Virus record (IMG/VR): IMGVR_UViG_2875697941_000001
Reading direction: 5' to 3' (one strand)
Source of the DNA: a virus
Lineage: Duplodnaviria > Heunggongvirae > Uroviricota > Caudoviricetes
DNA length: 64,000 nucleotides
Numbering within the stretch: the stretch's first letter is position 1; every line of letters starts with the position of its first letter. Position numbers and translations under genes: made by a program. Positions 20,828-31,200 of this stretch are shown here, in pieces. The notes under the pieces are model-generated. The model was given only the letters and a program-made list of their open reading frames with translations. It did not search any database and was not told the DNA's origin.

Positions 20828-23800
20828 TATGCAAACTCCTCGATAATACAAATCCCTGCAGCGCCTTTCCCGCCCGTCATACTGGTTCCGCTATAACCGG
20901 CATCGTATGCACCACCGCCGCCCGAACCATATGCCCGACCGATAACGCCACCGCCAGCGCCTGCGCGACCACCGCCCCCCCAGAACGATGATCCTCCTTC
21001 ACCACTGACGCTGATATTTCCGGACTGACCGTCACCTCCATGCCCACCAATAATGCGGACATCACCAGTATTCGGCGCGCCTCCATTACCACCGTTCGTG
21101 TTTGTGACTCCTACTTTCCCGCCGCCTTCACCGCCAGGGGCTATTACCGTTCCGAACGAGCTATCACCGCCCTTGAGGCCGTTCGTCGCACCAACACCGC
21201 CGCCCCCACCTGCGCCGATAGTGACTGGATAACTATTCTGTGTCGGGGTCATTATTGAAATTATTGTCCCACCGGCCCCACCGCCAGCACCGAAAAACGT
21301 CTCGTTATTGGATGTAGCCTGGCAGCCACCACCTCCGCCACCGCCGCCCGTAATTGTGACCCTGATTCGTTTTGTTCCTGGCGTCGGGGTATACGTACCT
21401 GATGAAGTGAAAACCCGGGTATTCACCAAACGCCCAACATATCCGCTTGAATCGCTCAGGCCAAGGTTAGCAGCAGTTAAAGTAATATTTGCAGAACCAT
21501 CAAACTTAACACCGTTGATAGTGCGTGCAGTCTGTAGTTTCGTTGCGGTTGCGGCATTACCGGTAGTGCTCTGATTACCTGCTTTATTCACGCCCGGCAG
21601 GTCGATATTGGCACTACCATCGAATGACACTCCGCCTATTGTGCGTGCTGTTTGCAGTTTTGTTGCAGTTGCAGCATTGCCGGTAGTGCTCTGATTACCT
21701 GTTTTATTCACGCCCGGCAGGTCGATATTGGCACTACCATCAAATGACACCCCGCCGATTGTGCGTACTGTTTGCAGTTTCGTAGCGGTTGCAGCATTGC
21801 CGTTCAAACTACCATTGATGCCGCCAGTAACATTGAGTCCATTACCGATCGTAACAGTACCATTGGCATTGTTAATGATAAGCGGCCTTAAATTATTATA
21901 GGTTCCCAGGCTGTTACCCGAATTGGTCAACATGAAATATGTGTTTGAACCATCGTTTCGGATAAAGAATCCGTAGTTTCCGTAGGCAATGCGCAGACCA
22001 TTCGCCGATTTTGAAATGATCTCACCAGTAGCCGTTAAACCGCCGTTGAGATTTCCTCCGGTTATTGGTAATGCGCCGACATCCGTGGCGGTCGGTTTAA
22101 TGTGCGAACTGTAAATTACATATACAGTTCCATCTGTCAGGCCTGTTGGTTTATTCGCTGTATAAGATGGTGATGTATGAATCGTTACGCTGGCGTTACT
22201 GGTATAATCCCACTGAATATTAACACGTGTGGTGTAATTACCTATTTCAACATAAACATCATAGGTATCACCGGATGTATTCACCCATGCAAAATTAGTA
22301 AATCCAACCGATGTCCGTCGCCATAACGCACCAGTAAGACCTTTTGGATTCCCATTTCCCGCACGAAGAACAAGTTCAGATATACCAGCCTGCATAGGGG
22401 AGTTAACATTATATCCAGAACCACCAATCAGGCTTATGTAAACCACGGAACTGGACTGTGGCATGGTTACAGTTGCCAGCTTGAACCATCCAGTACCACC
22501 ACTAAAAGACATTGTTGTTGAGTTGATCGTGCCTATAGACCTTGGAGTTAGCTCAATGTTTTTAGAACCGTCAAACAACACCCCATTTATAGTTCTAGCG
22601 GTTTGTAACTTGGTCGCTGTCGCTGCATTACCGGATGTATTCTGATTACCCGCAACGTTAACACCAGGTAAATTAATATTCGCAGTACCATCAAAGCTAA
22701 CTCCGCCGATAGTTCTTGCCGTCTGTAGTTTTGTAGCAGTTGCCGCATTGCCAGTTGTATTCTGATTGCCAGTGGCATTCACACCAGGAATGGAGTCCCT
22801 TGATGTATATACCTGCGCCCACGCTGACCATGCCGCATCAGTGTGATCTCTTCGGGAGCGAATGAAAACCGGCGCATGTGCACCGCTCGTACCACTCCAG
22901 CCAATAAGCAACTCGCCCTCACCAGCAGCACTCGCACCTTTCATGTGCAATACGTTGCCATACGCGGTCGGGTAGCTATTGTTGTACGCCTCATACATCT
23001 GCAATCCAGTAGCAGCACCTTGTGTTGTATCGGTGAGCGCAGTAACACGCCCTCTGGACGTAATTGTTGGTATCGAAATGTTCGCAGAACCATCAAACTT
23101 AACACCGTTGATTGTGCGTGCTGTTTGCAGTTTTGTAGCAGTTGCAGCATTGCCGGTAGTGCTCTGATTACCTGCTTTATTCACGCCCGGCAGGTCGATA
23201 TTGGCACTACCATCAAACGACACTCCGCCGATTGTGCGTGCTGTTTGCAGTTTTGTGGCGGTGGATGCATTACCTGTCAAAGATCCACTAAGAGCCACGG
23301 CACTAAGAGACTTAACACTTACATCCTGACCCCATCCGGAAACAACAACCTGACTCCACGCTGTCCAGTTTCCATTAACAACAAAGCGAACGTATATACG
23401 TTTTGTGTCGCTGTTAATCAGCGTTTGCATGTTCGCATAATCTGATCCCGTAGTCTTACGAATCGACTCTACACGAACCAAAAAGTTACCGCTTACGCCG
23501 TCAGGCTTATTGGTAATATTTGCACCACCTGCGACAGTTTTGCATTGATAGTATTTAACGGATCCAGCTTCTGTATTAGCAATAATCAAGTCGTTTAAAT
23601 CAATAGCCCGGCCGTCAATGGCTTCCGGCTCGATGGCTCCTGCTATCCCGGCACTGAATGTAGCAGCGGCTGAAAACGCTGTCTTACCTTTGAAAGTCTG
23701 TTGAGAACTCCAGGTATTAGCTGTGCTCAACAGGGGGATCTTTTCGCCGCTGGTTCCGATTTCTCTTAAACCAAGGTATTGGATAACAGCCAGTGTGCTT

Positions 23801-25134
23801 GTTTTAGCCAGGATATCGCGACCGACTGACGTTAAATCAGTCTGGGAAACAGTGTCTGTACCGGTAAAGTACGGCAATTTATTTGCGCCTGTCGCAAGAC
23901 CAGCAAGCGCGGTTAAAGTTGCATCCAGAGGCTGTTTGCCTGCCAGCGCATTTGTCATTGTTGTCGCAAAGTTCGGGTCATTGCCCAGTGCTGCTGCAAG
24001 CTCATTCAGGGTATCAAGAGCTTCAGGTGATGAGCCGACCAATGCAGAGATAGCAGCTCTTACATAAGCGGTCGTAGCAATCTGCGTGTTATTCGTACCC
24101 TGTGCAGCGGTAGGCGCAGTAGGTATTCCCGTTAATGCAGGACTTGCTAAAGGAGCTTTAAGAGCCAGAGCATTGTTGATAGTTGTGCTGAAATTCGGGT
24201 CGTTATTGATCGCAGCAGCTATTTCTTTAAGCGTATCCAGTGTGCCAGGTGCACCGTTGATAAGTGCCGTTACAGCTGCCTTAACAAAGGCTGTATTTGC
24301 GATCTGCGTGCTGTTTGTACCTTGCGCTGCCGTCGGCGCGGTTGGCGTTCCTGTCAGACTCGGGCTTTCTATTGGCGCTTTGGTATCAGCCAGCTCTTTT
24401 ACAGACTTAACGGCTTTAGGGGTAGCCGCCATTGTTTCGCTGTCGCTGTTAGTTGCGCTACTGAGCTGAACTAATCCCTTTTGTGTTGTGCTTGCATCCT
24501 GCGCCGTATACTTGCTTTTAGCCAGATCGTAGGCTTTTTTAACCGCCAGCGAACTTGCAGCGACATCACTTCTGGTACTGGTTACAGAGTCGGAAATTTC
24601 AATGCCTATCGCGAGATCGATGCGGTCGGATACATCTATCATTTCCTTAGTAATAGCAGATACGCCAGCAGGGATATTCACCGTACAAACAAGCAGTTCC
24701 CCATCTCCTAACTGATATGAATCGGTATAGGTTCTGGCAACAAATTCAGCCGCATGAATATGTGACGCGGTATTAACCTGATAAGAATCTTCTCCAAGGA
24801 GGTATCTTCCCTTCAGCACAATTGCATATTTCTTACCTGCGCTAAGTGCAAGAGAAATATCCTTACGCTGCTGAATAGTTACCTGGTAGAATTCACCAAT
24901 ATTCACTGACGCCGCGCCAGCGGTTTTATCACCATCCACTGAGGTGATTAACAGGTTCATCCCACCGCCAGGCTTAGGAAAAAAACCGGCATAAAATCCA
25001 GGGTCAACAATTCCCCTGAATTTTCGGTTTAGCGCGGCTGACAGATATGGTTCGTGGTATTGCACATCAGCCACCAGAGCCAACGACTCGGGTGATGGGT
25101 AAGTAACCGATGTGACAACTGTAACGTCATTCAT
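20827..25134 (-). CDS. Tail fibre protein (P1 S-like N-terminus), ~1435 aa
   Basis: Repeated GNAATATKLQTARTIGGVSFDGSANI modules; KQPLDATLTALAGL fibre motif; Gly-rich C-terminal domain; start set at ATG 25134 with AAGGA RBS. Confidence 0.8.
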   Translation of the reverse strand: MNDVTVVTSVTYPSPESLALVADVQYHEPYLSAALNRKFRGIVDPGFYAGFFPKPGGGMNLLITSVDGDKTAGAASVNIGEFYQVTIQQRKDISLALSAGKKYAIVLKGRYLLGEDSYQVNTASHIHAAEFVARTYTDSYQLGDGELLVCTVNIPAGVSAITKEMIDVSDRIDLAIGIEISDSVTSTRSDVAASSLAVKKAYDLAKSKYTAQDASTTQKGLVQLSSATNSDSETMAATPKAVKSVKELADTKAPIESPSLTGTPTAPTAAQGTNSTQIANTAFVKAAVTALINGAPGTLDTLKEIAAAINNDPNFSTTINNALALKAPLASPALTGIPTAPTAAQGTNNTQIATTAYVRAAISALVGSSPEALDTLNELAAALGNDPNFATTMTNALAGKQPLDATLTALAGLATGANKLPYFTGTDTVSQTDLTSVGRDILAKTSTLAVIQYLGLREIGTSGEKIPLLSTANTWSSQQTFKGKTAFSAAATFSAGIAGAIEPEAIDGRAIDLNDLIIANTEAGSVKYYQCKTVAGGANITNKPDGVSGNFLVRVESIRKTTGSDYANMQTLINSDTKRIYVRFVVNGNWTAWSQVVVSGWGQDVSVKSLSAVALSGSLTGNASTATKLQTARTIGGVSFDGSANIDLPGVNKAGNQSTTGNAATATKLQTARTINGVKFDGSANISIPTITSRGRVTALTDTTQGAATGLQMYEAYNNSYPTAYGNVLHMKGASAAGEGELLIGWSGTSGAHAPVFIRSRRDHTDAAWSAWAQVYTSRDSIPGVNATGNQNTTGNAATATKLQTARTIGGVSFDGTANINLPGVNVAGNQNTSGNAATATKLQTARTINGVLFDGSKNIELTPRSIGTINSTTMSFSGGTGWFKLATVTMPQSSSVVYISLIGGSGYNVNSPMQAGISELVLRAGNGNPKGLTGALWRRTSVGFTNFAWVNTSGDTYDVYVEIGNYTTRVNIQWDYTSNASVTIHTSPSYTANKPTGLTDGTVYVIYSSHIKPTATDVGALPITGGNLNGGLTATGEIISKSANGLRIAYGNYGFFIRNDGSNTYFMLTNSGNSLGTYNNLRPLIINNANGTVTIGNGLNVTGGINGSLNGNAATATKLQTVRTIGGVSFDGSANIDLPGVNKTGNQSTTGNAATATKLQTARTIGGVSFDGSANIDLPGVNKAGNQSTTGNAATATKLQTARTINGVKFDGSANITLTAANLGLSDSSGYVGRLVNTRVFTSSGTYTPTPGTKRIRVTITGGGGGGGGCQATSNNETFFGAGGGAGGTIISIMTPTQNSYPVTIGAGGGGGVGATNGLKGGDSSFGTVIAPGGEGGGKVGVTNTNGGNGGAPNTGDVRIIGGHGGDGQSGNISVSGEGGSSFWGGGGRAGAGGGVIGRAYGSGGGGAYDAGYSGTSMTGGKGAAGICIIEEFA
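21470..21840. repeat. Tandem ~120-bp in-frame repeats inside the tail fibre gene
   Basis: Three near-identical units encoding GNAATATKLQTARTI...; further copies at ~22540-22820 and ~23060-23300. Confidence 0.6.
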
Positions 25135-25145
25135 CAAGCATATCC

Positions 25146-25580
25146 TTATGCTGTAGTCGTGTTTATGGCCATAACTGCGGTATATGTTTTGCCCACATAC
25201 AGCGAGTCTTCCTGGACACAAATAATGGCGATTGGCTTGTTCTCGTTATCCAGAACAACCAGAGTGTTGAATGGGTAGTTTTTCCCTTTCTGCAACTGGC
25301 TTTGATCAAGGTCCATTCGGACAGTAATTATCCCGCCTGAGTAGGTTGGGACGAGGTTGATGGTGCAAAATTTACTGGTCAGTTCTGCCAGATCGAAAGC
25401 CTTTGGCAGTTCTCCAATCTCATAAGTGCCATCTCCTTTCTTAGTAACCAGTGAACTGGTACCGAAAACGGCCTTGCTGATTAAAAATCGAGAGCCTTTG
25501 TTAATGGACGATTCAGCGCGCCGCTGATAGTAATAGTCCAACAACTGACTCTTATAGAGGTTTGTTGAGACGTCAGACAT
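25146..25580 (-). CDS. Tail fibre-proximal structural protein (P1 R-like by position)
   Basis: 144-aa ORF immediately upstream of the tail fibre gene; synteny only. Confidence 0.45.
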   Translation of the reverse strand: MSDVSTNLYKSQLLDYYYQRRAESSINKGSRFLISKAVFGTSSLVTKKGDGTYEIGELPKAFDLAELTSKFCTINLVPTYSGGIITVRMDLDQSQLQKGKNYPFNTLVVLDNENKPIAIICVQEDSLYVGKTYTAVMAINTTTA

Positions 25581-25627
25581 GATTTTCCCTAATCAATGTT
25601 GTGAAGCCTCATTGTAAGAAAAGTAAC

Positions 25628-25658
25628 TTGTCACCCCGCCCTGCGGACGGGGTGATTG
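25628..25658. terminator. Hairpin terminator after the baseplate operon
   Basis: CACCCCG...CGGGGTG stem followed by T-rich tract on the minus strand. Confidence 0.45.
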
Positions 25659-26498
25659 TCAGGCGTCGCTATCCAGCAACAAATCATCTGCGCGTGTGCG
25701 ATCAAACGTAGGTGTCGCTTTCACAATAGTGCCACCAGGCGTTGCGGTGATCGGGGCGCTAATCGACGTAACTCCAGTAAGCGAAGTTGTATCCGAAGTT
25801 TCAAACCAGCAGTACGCTTTTTCGGTATCAGAAATCTCGTTCAAAGTGATCATGTCGGCCTGTTCATTCACAACAACCGACAAATAGAGCGTAAGCCCAT
25901 CAAACACTATATGCAGTGGCAGTAGAGGCTTTACGAACTGATTAAACTTTCTGAGAATTTCTTCTGTAATTGCGGACTGATCTATCGTGCCAGTAATACC
26001 CATTGTCCGGGCCAGGTCGTTTATGGGAATACTGATCATCCCTCTGGAAGTCAGAAACATCTCGCCGAATGTGCCGCCGGTAGTTTCCAGTGTGCTTTCT
26101 GGTATTAGAACTGTGCCATAGGGATGACGTTCAAGGTCCACCGGTGCATATATCGGATCCCATAAAACAGAAATACCATTAAATTCGCGGTAAATTGTCT
26201 GGTTTATAGGGCGTTCAGTCCCCTTAAAGTGAATCTCATCAAGCCGCTGTTGTAACAACATCGGAACGGAAGATGAGTTTGAGGTTCTGATAGTAAAGAA
26301 CTGGCCAAGTTCATTTGTCCTGGTCTCCAGATCCTCCTTGCTCATGGAAAAAATAGACTTCCGGTTGGTAATTCGCTCCAACCATGGGTCAACAAAGGTG
26401 TCCATCATTGACTGAACCAAATCAGCCAATGATTTATAGAGCAATGACTTTTGCTTAGCTGATGTAAGCCGATTATTAAACCAGGAACGTTGCATCAC
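25659..26498 (-). CDS. Baseplate protein (P1 gp16-like by position)
   Basis: 279 aa, stop-start overlap with the upstream baseplate gene; position equivalent to P2 gpI. Confidence 0.45.
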   Translation of the reverse strand: MMQRSWFNNRLTSAKQKSLLYKSLADLVQSMMDTFVDPWLERITNRKSIFSMSKEDLETRTNELGQFFTIRTSNSSSVPMLLQQRLDEIHFKGTERPINQTIYREFNGISVLWDPIYAPVDLERHPYGTVLIPESTLETTGGTFGEMFLTSRGMISIPINDLARTMGITGTIDQSAITEEILRKFNQFVKPLLPLHIVFDGLTLYLSVVVNEQADMITLNEISDTEKAYCWFETSDTTSLTGVTSISAPITATPGGTIVKATPTFDRTRADDLLLDSDA

Positions 26499-27928
26499 TC
26501 CTCCTCATACGAAATATTAAAGGTGGAGTTTTCTGTATCCAGATAAACGAAATCGTAAAAGCCGTTGGACTCATTCCACTCGACAAATTCCAGATAAAAG
26601 TCGCGGAAATAACCCAGCGTTTCGATAAATGCCCAAACGTCTTTTTTCTTGATCAGGATGTACTTGCCGACACCGTTCGGATCAAAGAAATTTGAGTCGC
26701 GCCCAAATTTTGTTTCCAGTGCCGACTTCAACTCATCAGTCACGTTCTCAATAGTCAGGCTTGCCGATATCCGCCCGGTGATGGTTATCTTAAATGGTAG
26801 TTTTCTGACCTCTTTATAAGAGAATTTCTTGTTCAGTTCATTCGGTACCTTCTTAAAGGCAGTCAGGATCATTTCTTCAAGCTCTGACTGGCTTTTATTT
26901 GGATGCCATCCTGAAATAAATATCTTATTGATATTCTGAACATTATAAGCACCATCTAATTTCTCTTGCTGGCCTTCGCCCCATGCCTTTACCCAGGACA
27001 GCCCCGGGATGTTACGAACCAGAAAATACGTATAGTCCCCGCCCCATACGACCTGATCATCATAGGCAAGGTAATATTGTGCACGGTTACGTGTGATCTC
27101 CGTTGTTTCAGCATCGGTACCTGCGGTTATAGGTGTCGTTGTCTTAACTGAAATCAAATTAGCTAAATTAGCCGCAGAATCGACAGGCGTCAGGTTTTGG
27201 CCAGCAACCAGGGTTATATCGCCGTTGGTGCACCATACCTTAAGCGTAATTGTCGAACCTTCTGGCGGTATTTGCCCAATTAGCCCATCGCCGAATCGAA
27301 CCCCCAACTGCTCGGATGGTTTATAAAACTCAACGTAGACCTGGCTTTTACTACCGGCTAACCGGAACATAGTGCTGGAAGACCACTGCGTGGTCTTACC
27401 ATCGGTCGTCACGAATACTTCCAGCTTATAGCAGACAGCAGTAAGAGCCTTTGATAACACGACTTCCAGAAATTCTTTGGCTGCCGTAACGGTATATGTC
27501 ACCTCCTGGATTTCCAACTGTGCCACTTCTACCGTACCGGTGCCGTCAACCAACCTGCATACATCCATAGTCATGTAAGGGTACTGGTCGTCAGATATTA
27601 AAGGCATGTTTTTGGGGATTACCGCTGGGGCATCTTCACTTGTGGCGGTGATCTCAATCATCCCCGATGACGGTGTTGGCTTGGTACCAACGTAACTATT
27701 CGTTTCTGCCGCTGCCAGGATAGAGGAACGCCGCGTCGCGGTCGATATAAAGCCTTCAGCCAGCGCCGCATCGGCATACTGAAAGCACCTGTAGACAATC
27801 TGGGTAATAAACAATGTCAGCATCGAGACAAATTGAGAGCCGACAAACTTCGACCAGAATGAATCTTTCTCGACAAGCTCTTCAAACTCTGCACGAATAC
27901 TGTCTTTAGTCGGTGTTGTTTTACTCAT
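26495..27928 (-). CDS. Baseplate J-like protein (P1 BplB-like)
   Basis: 477 aa, coupled to flanking genes in a W-J-I-like arrangement; synteny. Confidence 0.5.
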   Translation of the reverse strand: MSKTTPTKDSIRAEFEELVEKDSFWSKFVGSQFVSMLTLFITQIVYRCFQYADAALAEGFISTATRRSSILAAAETNSYVGTKPTPSSGMIEITATSEDAPAVIPKNMPLISDDQYPYMTMDVCRLVDGTGTVEVAQLEIQEVTYTVTAAKEFLEVVLSKALTAVCYKLEVFVTTDGKTTQWSSSTMFRLAGSKSQVYVEFYKPSEQLGVRFGDGLIGQIPPEGSTITLKVWCTNGDITLVAGQNLTPVDSAANLANLISVKTTTPITAGTDAETTEITRNRAQYYLAYDDQVVWGGDYTYFLVRNIPGLSWVKAWGEGQQEKLDGAYNVQNINKIFISGWHPNKSQSELEEMILTAFKKVPNELNKKFSYKEVRKLPFKITITGRISASLTIENVTDELKSALETKFGRDSNFFDPNGVGKYILIKKKDVWAFIETLGYFRDFYLEFVEWNESNGFYDFVYLDTENSTFNISYEEE

Positions 27929-28284
27929 AGCACCACGTCCTGTGTGATAGTTATATCCCTGATACGAATGGATATTTTCAACTTATCAAAAGCATCTCCC
28001 TCGGCTACTGACAAGCCAGAAATCGGTATGTCAGGTAAATCTACCGTCAGTTTTTGCAACAGCATTGCCTCAACCGCAATTTGAACATGCGACAAGTTGG
28101 TCGGTTCGTGTTTAAACTGCGGTAAAACATTGCCCCATGACGGATCTCCGTATACCTCACCCTGATAAGTGTTTAGCCACTCATATAAACGAGCGCCCCA
28201 GGCCTCCTCCTGGGACTCATACGTTTTTACGCCGGATAACTCCAGCGTCAGCAAAGGATCAATTTCGTTATTGTTGGCCATCAA
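27925..28284 (-). CDS. Small baseplate wedge protein (gp25/W-like; P1 PmgA-like)
   Basis: 119 aa, overlaps sit stop and the baseplate gene start; synteny. Confidence 0.45.
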   Translation of the reverse strand: MMANNNEIDPLLTLELSGVKTYESQEEAWGARLYEWLNTYQGEVYGDPSWGNVLPQFKHEPTNLSHVQIAVEAMLLQKLTVDLPDIPISGLSVAEGDAFDKLKISIRIRDITITQDVVL

Positions 28285-31200
28285 TCAACTCTCGCGTAGT
28301 CATTCATCAACGGATCATCAATTGACAGTGGTACCGTGCGCATAACGCCCGGCTGAGGCGTGCTGACCTTTACGACAGTTCCCTGGCCTTTCGCCGAGTC
28401 TTTGGTGTGCTCTTCAATCCTGGCAAGCAATGAGGTCATCTGCGCAAACAGCCGCTTCGTTTCACCATCAAGTGAAACGGTATTATCAGCCAACTGCATT
28501 GTCGGCTTGGCACCGGAACCGCCAAGGTCACTAATAACCTGCCCGTCTATCTGCATACGACCGGTTGGTTGCTGCAAATCGTTGGCGGCAGTCGTCACCT
28601 TGGACGTGGAGGCTGGTTCAGTCGCATTATTTTTCCGCATCCCCGGCGAGTTGCGGAGTTTATCGAATAGTCCATCAATCCCCATTTGTGCGCCGAGTTG
28701 GTCAAAGTAACTTGAGTTGCTGGCCACCGGACGCGCCTCTTCAACTGGCATCGGAGTATCAACATACACATTGCCAGCTGCTGTTGCGGTCCCCTTCCCT
28801 CGTGCACGTTCTTCGAGCGTTCCCTGAACGACTTCCCGACGCATACCCCGGCCATTCATGAATTTGTTGACCAGATCGTTAACGCCAACAGCATTACCTA
28901 TTTTGTCTACCAGACCGCCTTTCTCAAACGGGCTATCACCATGGGTAAACGCCAGGCCAGTAGACTGATCGATAACAGCGTTATCAGGCAGTGGTCCCCT
29001 CACTCCATATTGCGCCCCACCCTGTGCTCCTGCTCCAGGTGTATAGATGTCACCACCTAAATAGCGAGCACGATGAGTATTGACCTTGATCGCGTACTCA
29101 CGGTTTTCTTTCGATAAGTCACCGGTGCCTTTTTTCCACTTATTAATAGTGCCAAACCCAGCGTTATATGCAGTTATAGCCTCGTTTAAATCTCCATTGG
29201 CTTGCTTCAGATACTTGCTCATGAGAAGAGCCGCAGCTTCTGCCGATTTCACAGGATCAAATGCATCCGGTTCCGATATCCCAGTCTCTTTACGAGCAAT
29301 ACTCGTGAACTGGAACATCCCGAGTGCGCCACCACTTAACTTTCCATCTGGTGATCTTGTAAGCGGAGACTTTGCGTTAGGATCCCCTCCTGATTCAGTT
29401 GCAGCAATCGAGTAAAGAGTGCCTTCTGGAAGGCCATATTTATTCTCTAGTTCAGCAAAATACGGTGCCAACTTATCTAGATTTGCCTTACCTTCAGCAC
29501 CAAGATTTCCGACTTTTACATCCAAGTTGCCATTGTTGTAGGTATCCGCTGCTTTCTGAATGTCATTCCTGGTGCCAGTGGTATTAAGCGACGATGATGA
29601 CGAGCTATTTTGTCCAATAGCATTATCAATTTTCTGCAACGCGCTATTGCCCGTTTCTACGGCATTTGCATTGATAATCTGATTAGCAGTTTCTTTAACT
29701 GTTTTATTGCTATCTTTCGCCGTGTCCAGTGCCGCATTTATCACGCGGGTAACAATATTAGTCTGTTTGGCATCGGATTCAGTTTTAGAATCAGATGTCT
29801 CCTGGTGGCTATTAACCGGAGCTTTTAACTCTGGAGTGATTTCTTTCGCATTAGCCTCGCCGATCGGATTGGGTATTTTTGATACAATCATTGCCGCAGG
29901 GGTATTTTTAACGGCATCAACCGCTGCATCTAATGCTTTACCAGGTAAATTTTTAACCCCATCCCAAATATTACCAGCCGCCTCTTTAATGTGTTTCCCT
30001 GGGTTCTTAATGAAATCAATTGCACTATCAATTGCATCACTGAAAACCTGTTTCAGGTTATCAACAGTAAAGAAGTCTTTGATGGCATCCAGCTTTTCAA
30101 GCAGCTTATTAGATGTATCGCTAAACCATGCTGAAACAGCATCACCAATCTTTGCTGTGTAATCTTCGAACTTGGTAGAAATGGTGTCGCCAAGGTTAGA
30201 AATATATGTTTCTAAGTTGGTAATCCCACTATCAATGGCCTGGGCAATACTTTCCGTCGAAAATGATTGCAACATATTGCCGATATCCTCAAATCCAAGT
30301 GATTTGATAACCTCACCAATGGCGCTGCTAATACCAGATACCAGTCCCCCCATATCAAGAACATTGGCTAACGTATAAGCGGCTTTTTGCTGGAATGATG
30401 GATCTTGTCCTGATTTAAGCCCAAACGCTCGACGTTGCGCTTCTGTATCATTCCAACCGGTTACCGCATCATAAATACCTCCAGCCACTGTGCCGACTAA
30501 GGGAATTGCGCGTAACGCCCCTTTACCAACTGCCTTTAATCCAAGTTTACCTGCTGCCCGGGCAGCCAAATCTCCACCTTCATGGGCGATAGTCTTCTTG
30601 CCACCACCGCGTAGCATTCCTACAAGTTTCTTTGCCCCCAGAGCGCCAAAAGCGAGTGCTCCAGCTTTTTTCAGCATGCCACGCCCCATTAACAACGACG
30701 CGACGCCACCGGCCCCCTTCCCTAACAGGCTAAATAGTTTGGACAGCAAGCCGCCCTTCTTTTTCCCGGTGTTTTTGGCTATCTGATCAAGGGCGCTGAG
30801 AATCTTGTCATTGCCCTCTTTAATTTCGCTGGTCTGCTCCTGAAGTTCCTGAACTGTCCGTTTTTGGGTGTTAACCTGAACGACATCGGCACTATTTTGC
30901 GATTTACGCCTAAAAAAACCTTTTCTACGGCTGTTATCGTCATTGCCACGAATCACATCGGCAATAGACTTTCTGGCACCATTAAGCGATCCACCAACTT
31001 CTTTTGATATCCCGCCAAGCTCCTTCCCTGCTGCCCACAATGGACCAGCAACGGCATAACCTAACGCATCAACGGCACGAGTCTCTGAAGGGTTACCTAT
31101 GCCTTCAGCTACTTTTGACAGTTTTTTTAATAAACCTGATTCAGCATTTAGACGCTCATCATCCTCTTTGTGCCTGGCCTTTTCAGCACGTTCAGCACGG

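Noticed and set aside
22843-24469. Plus-strand ORFs 22843-23445, 23723-24067 and 24086-24469 inside the tail fibre gene
   Set aside because: Antisense to the long, repeat-structured tail fibre frame.
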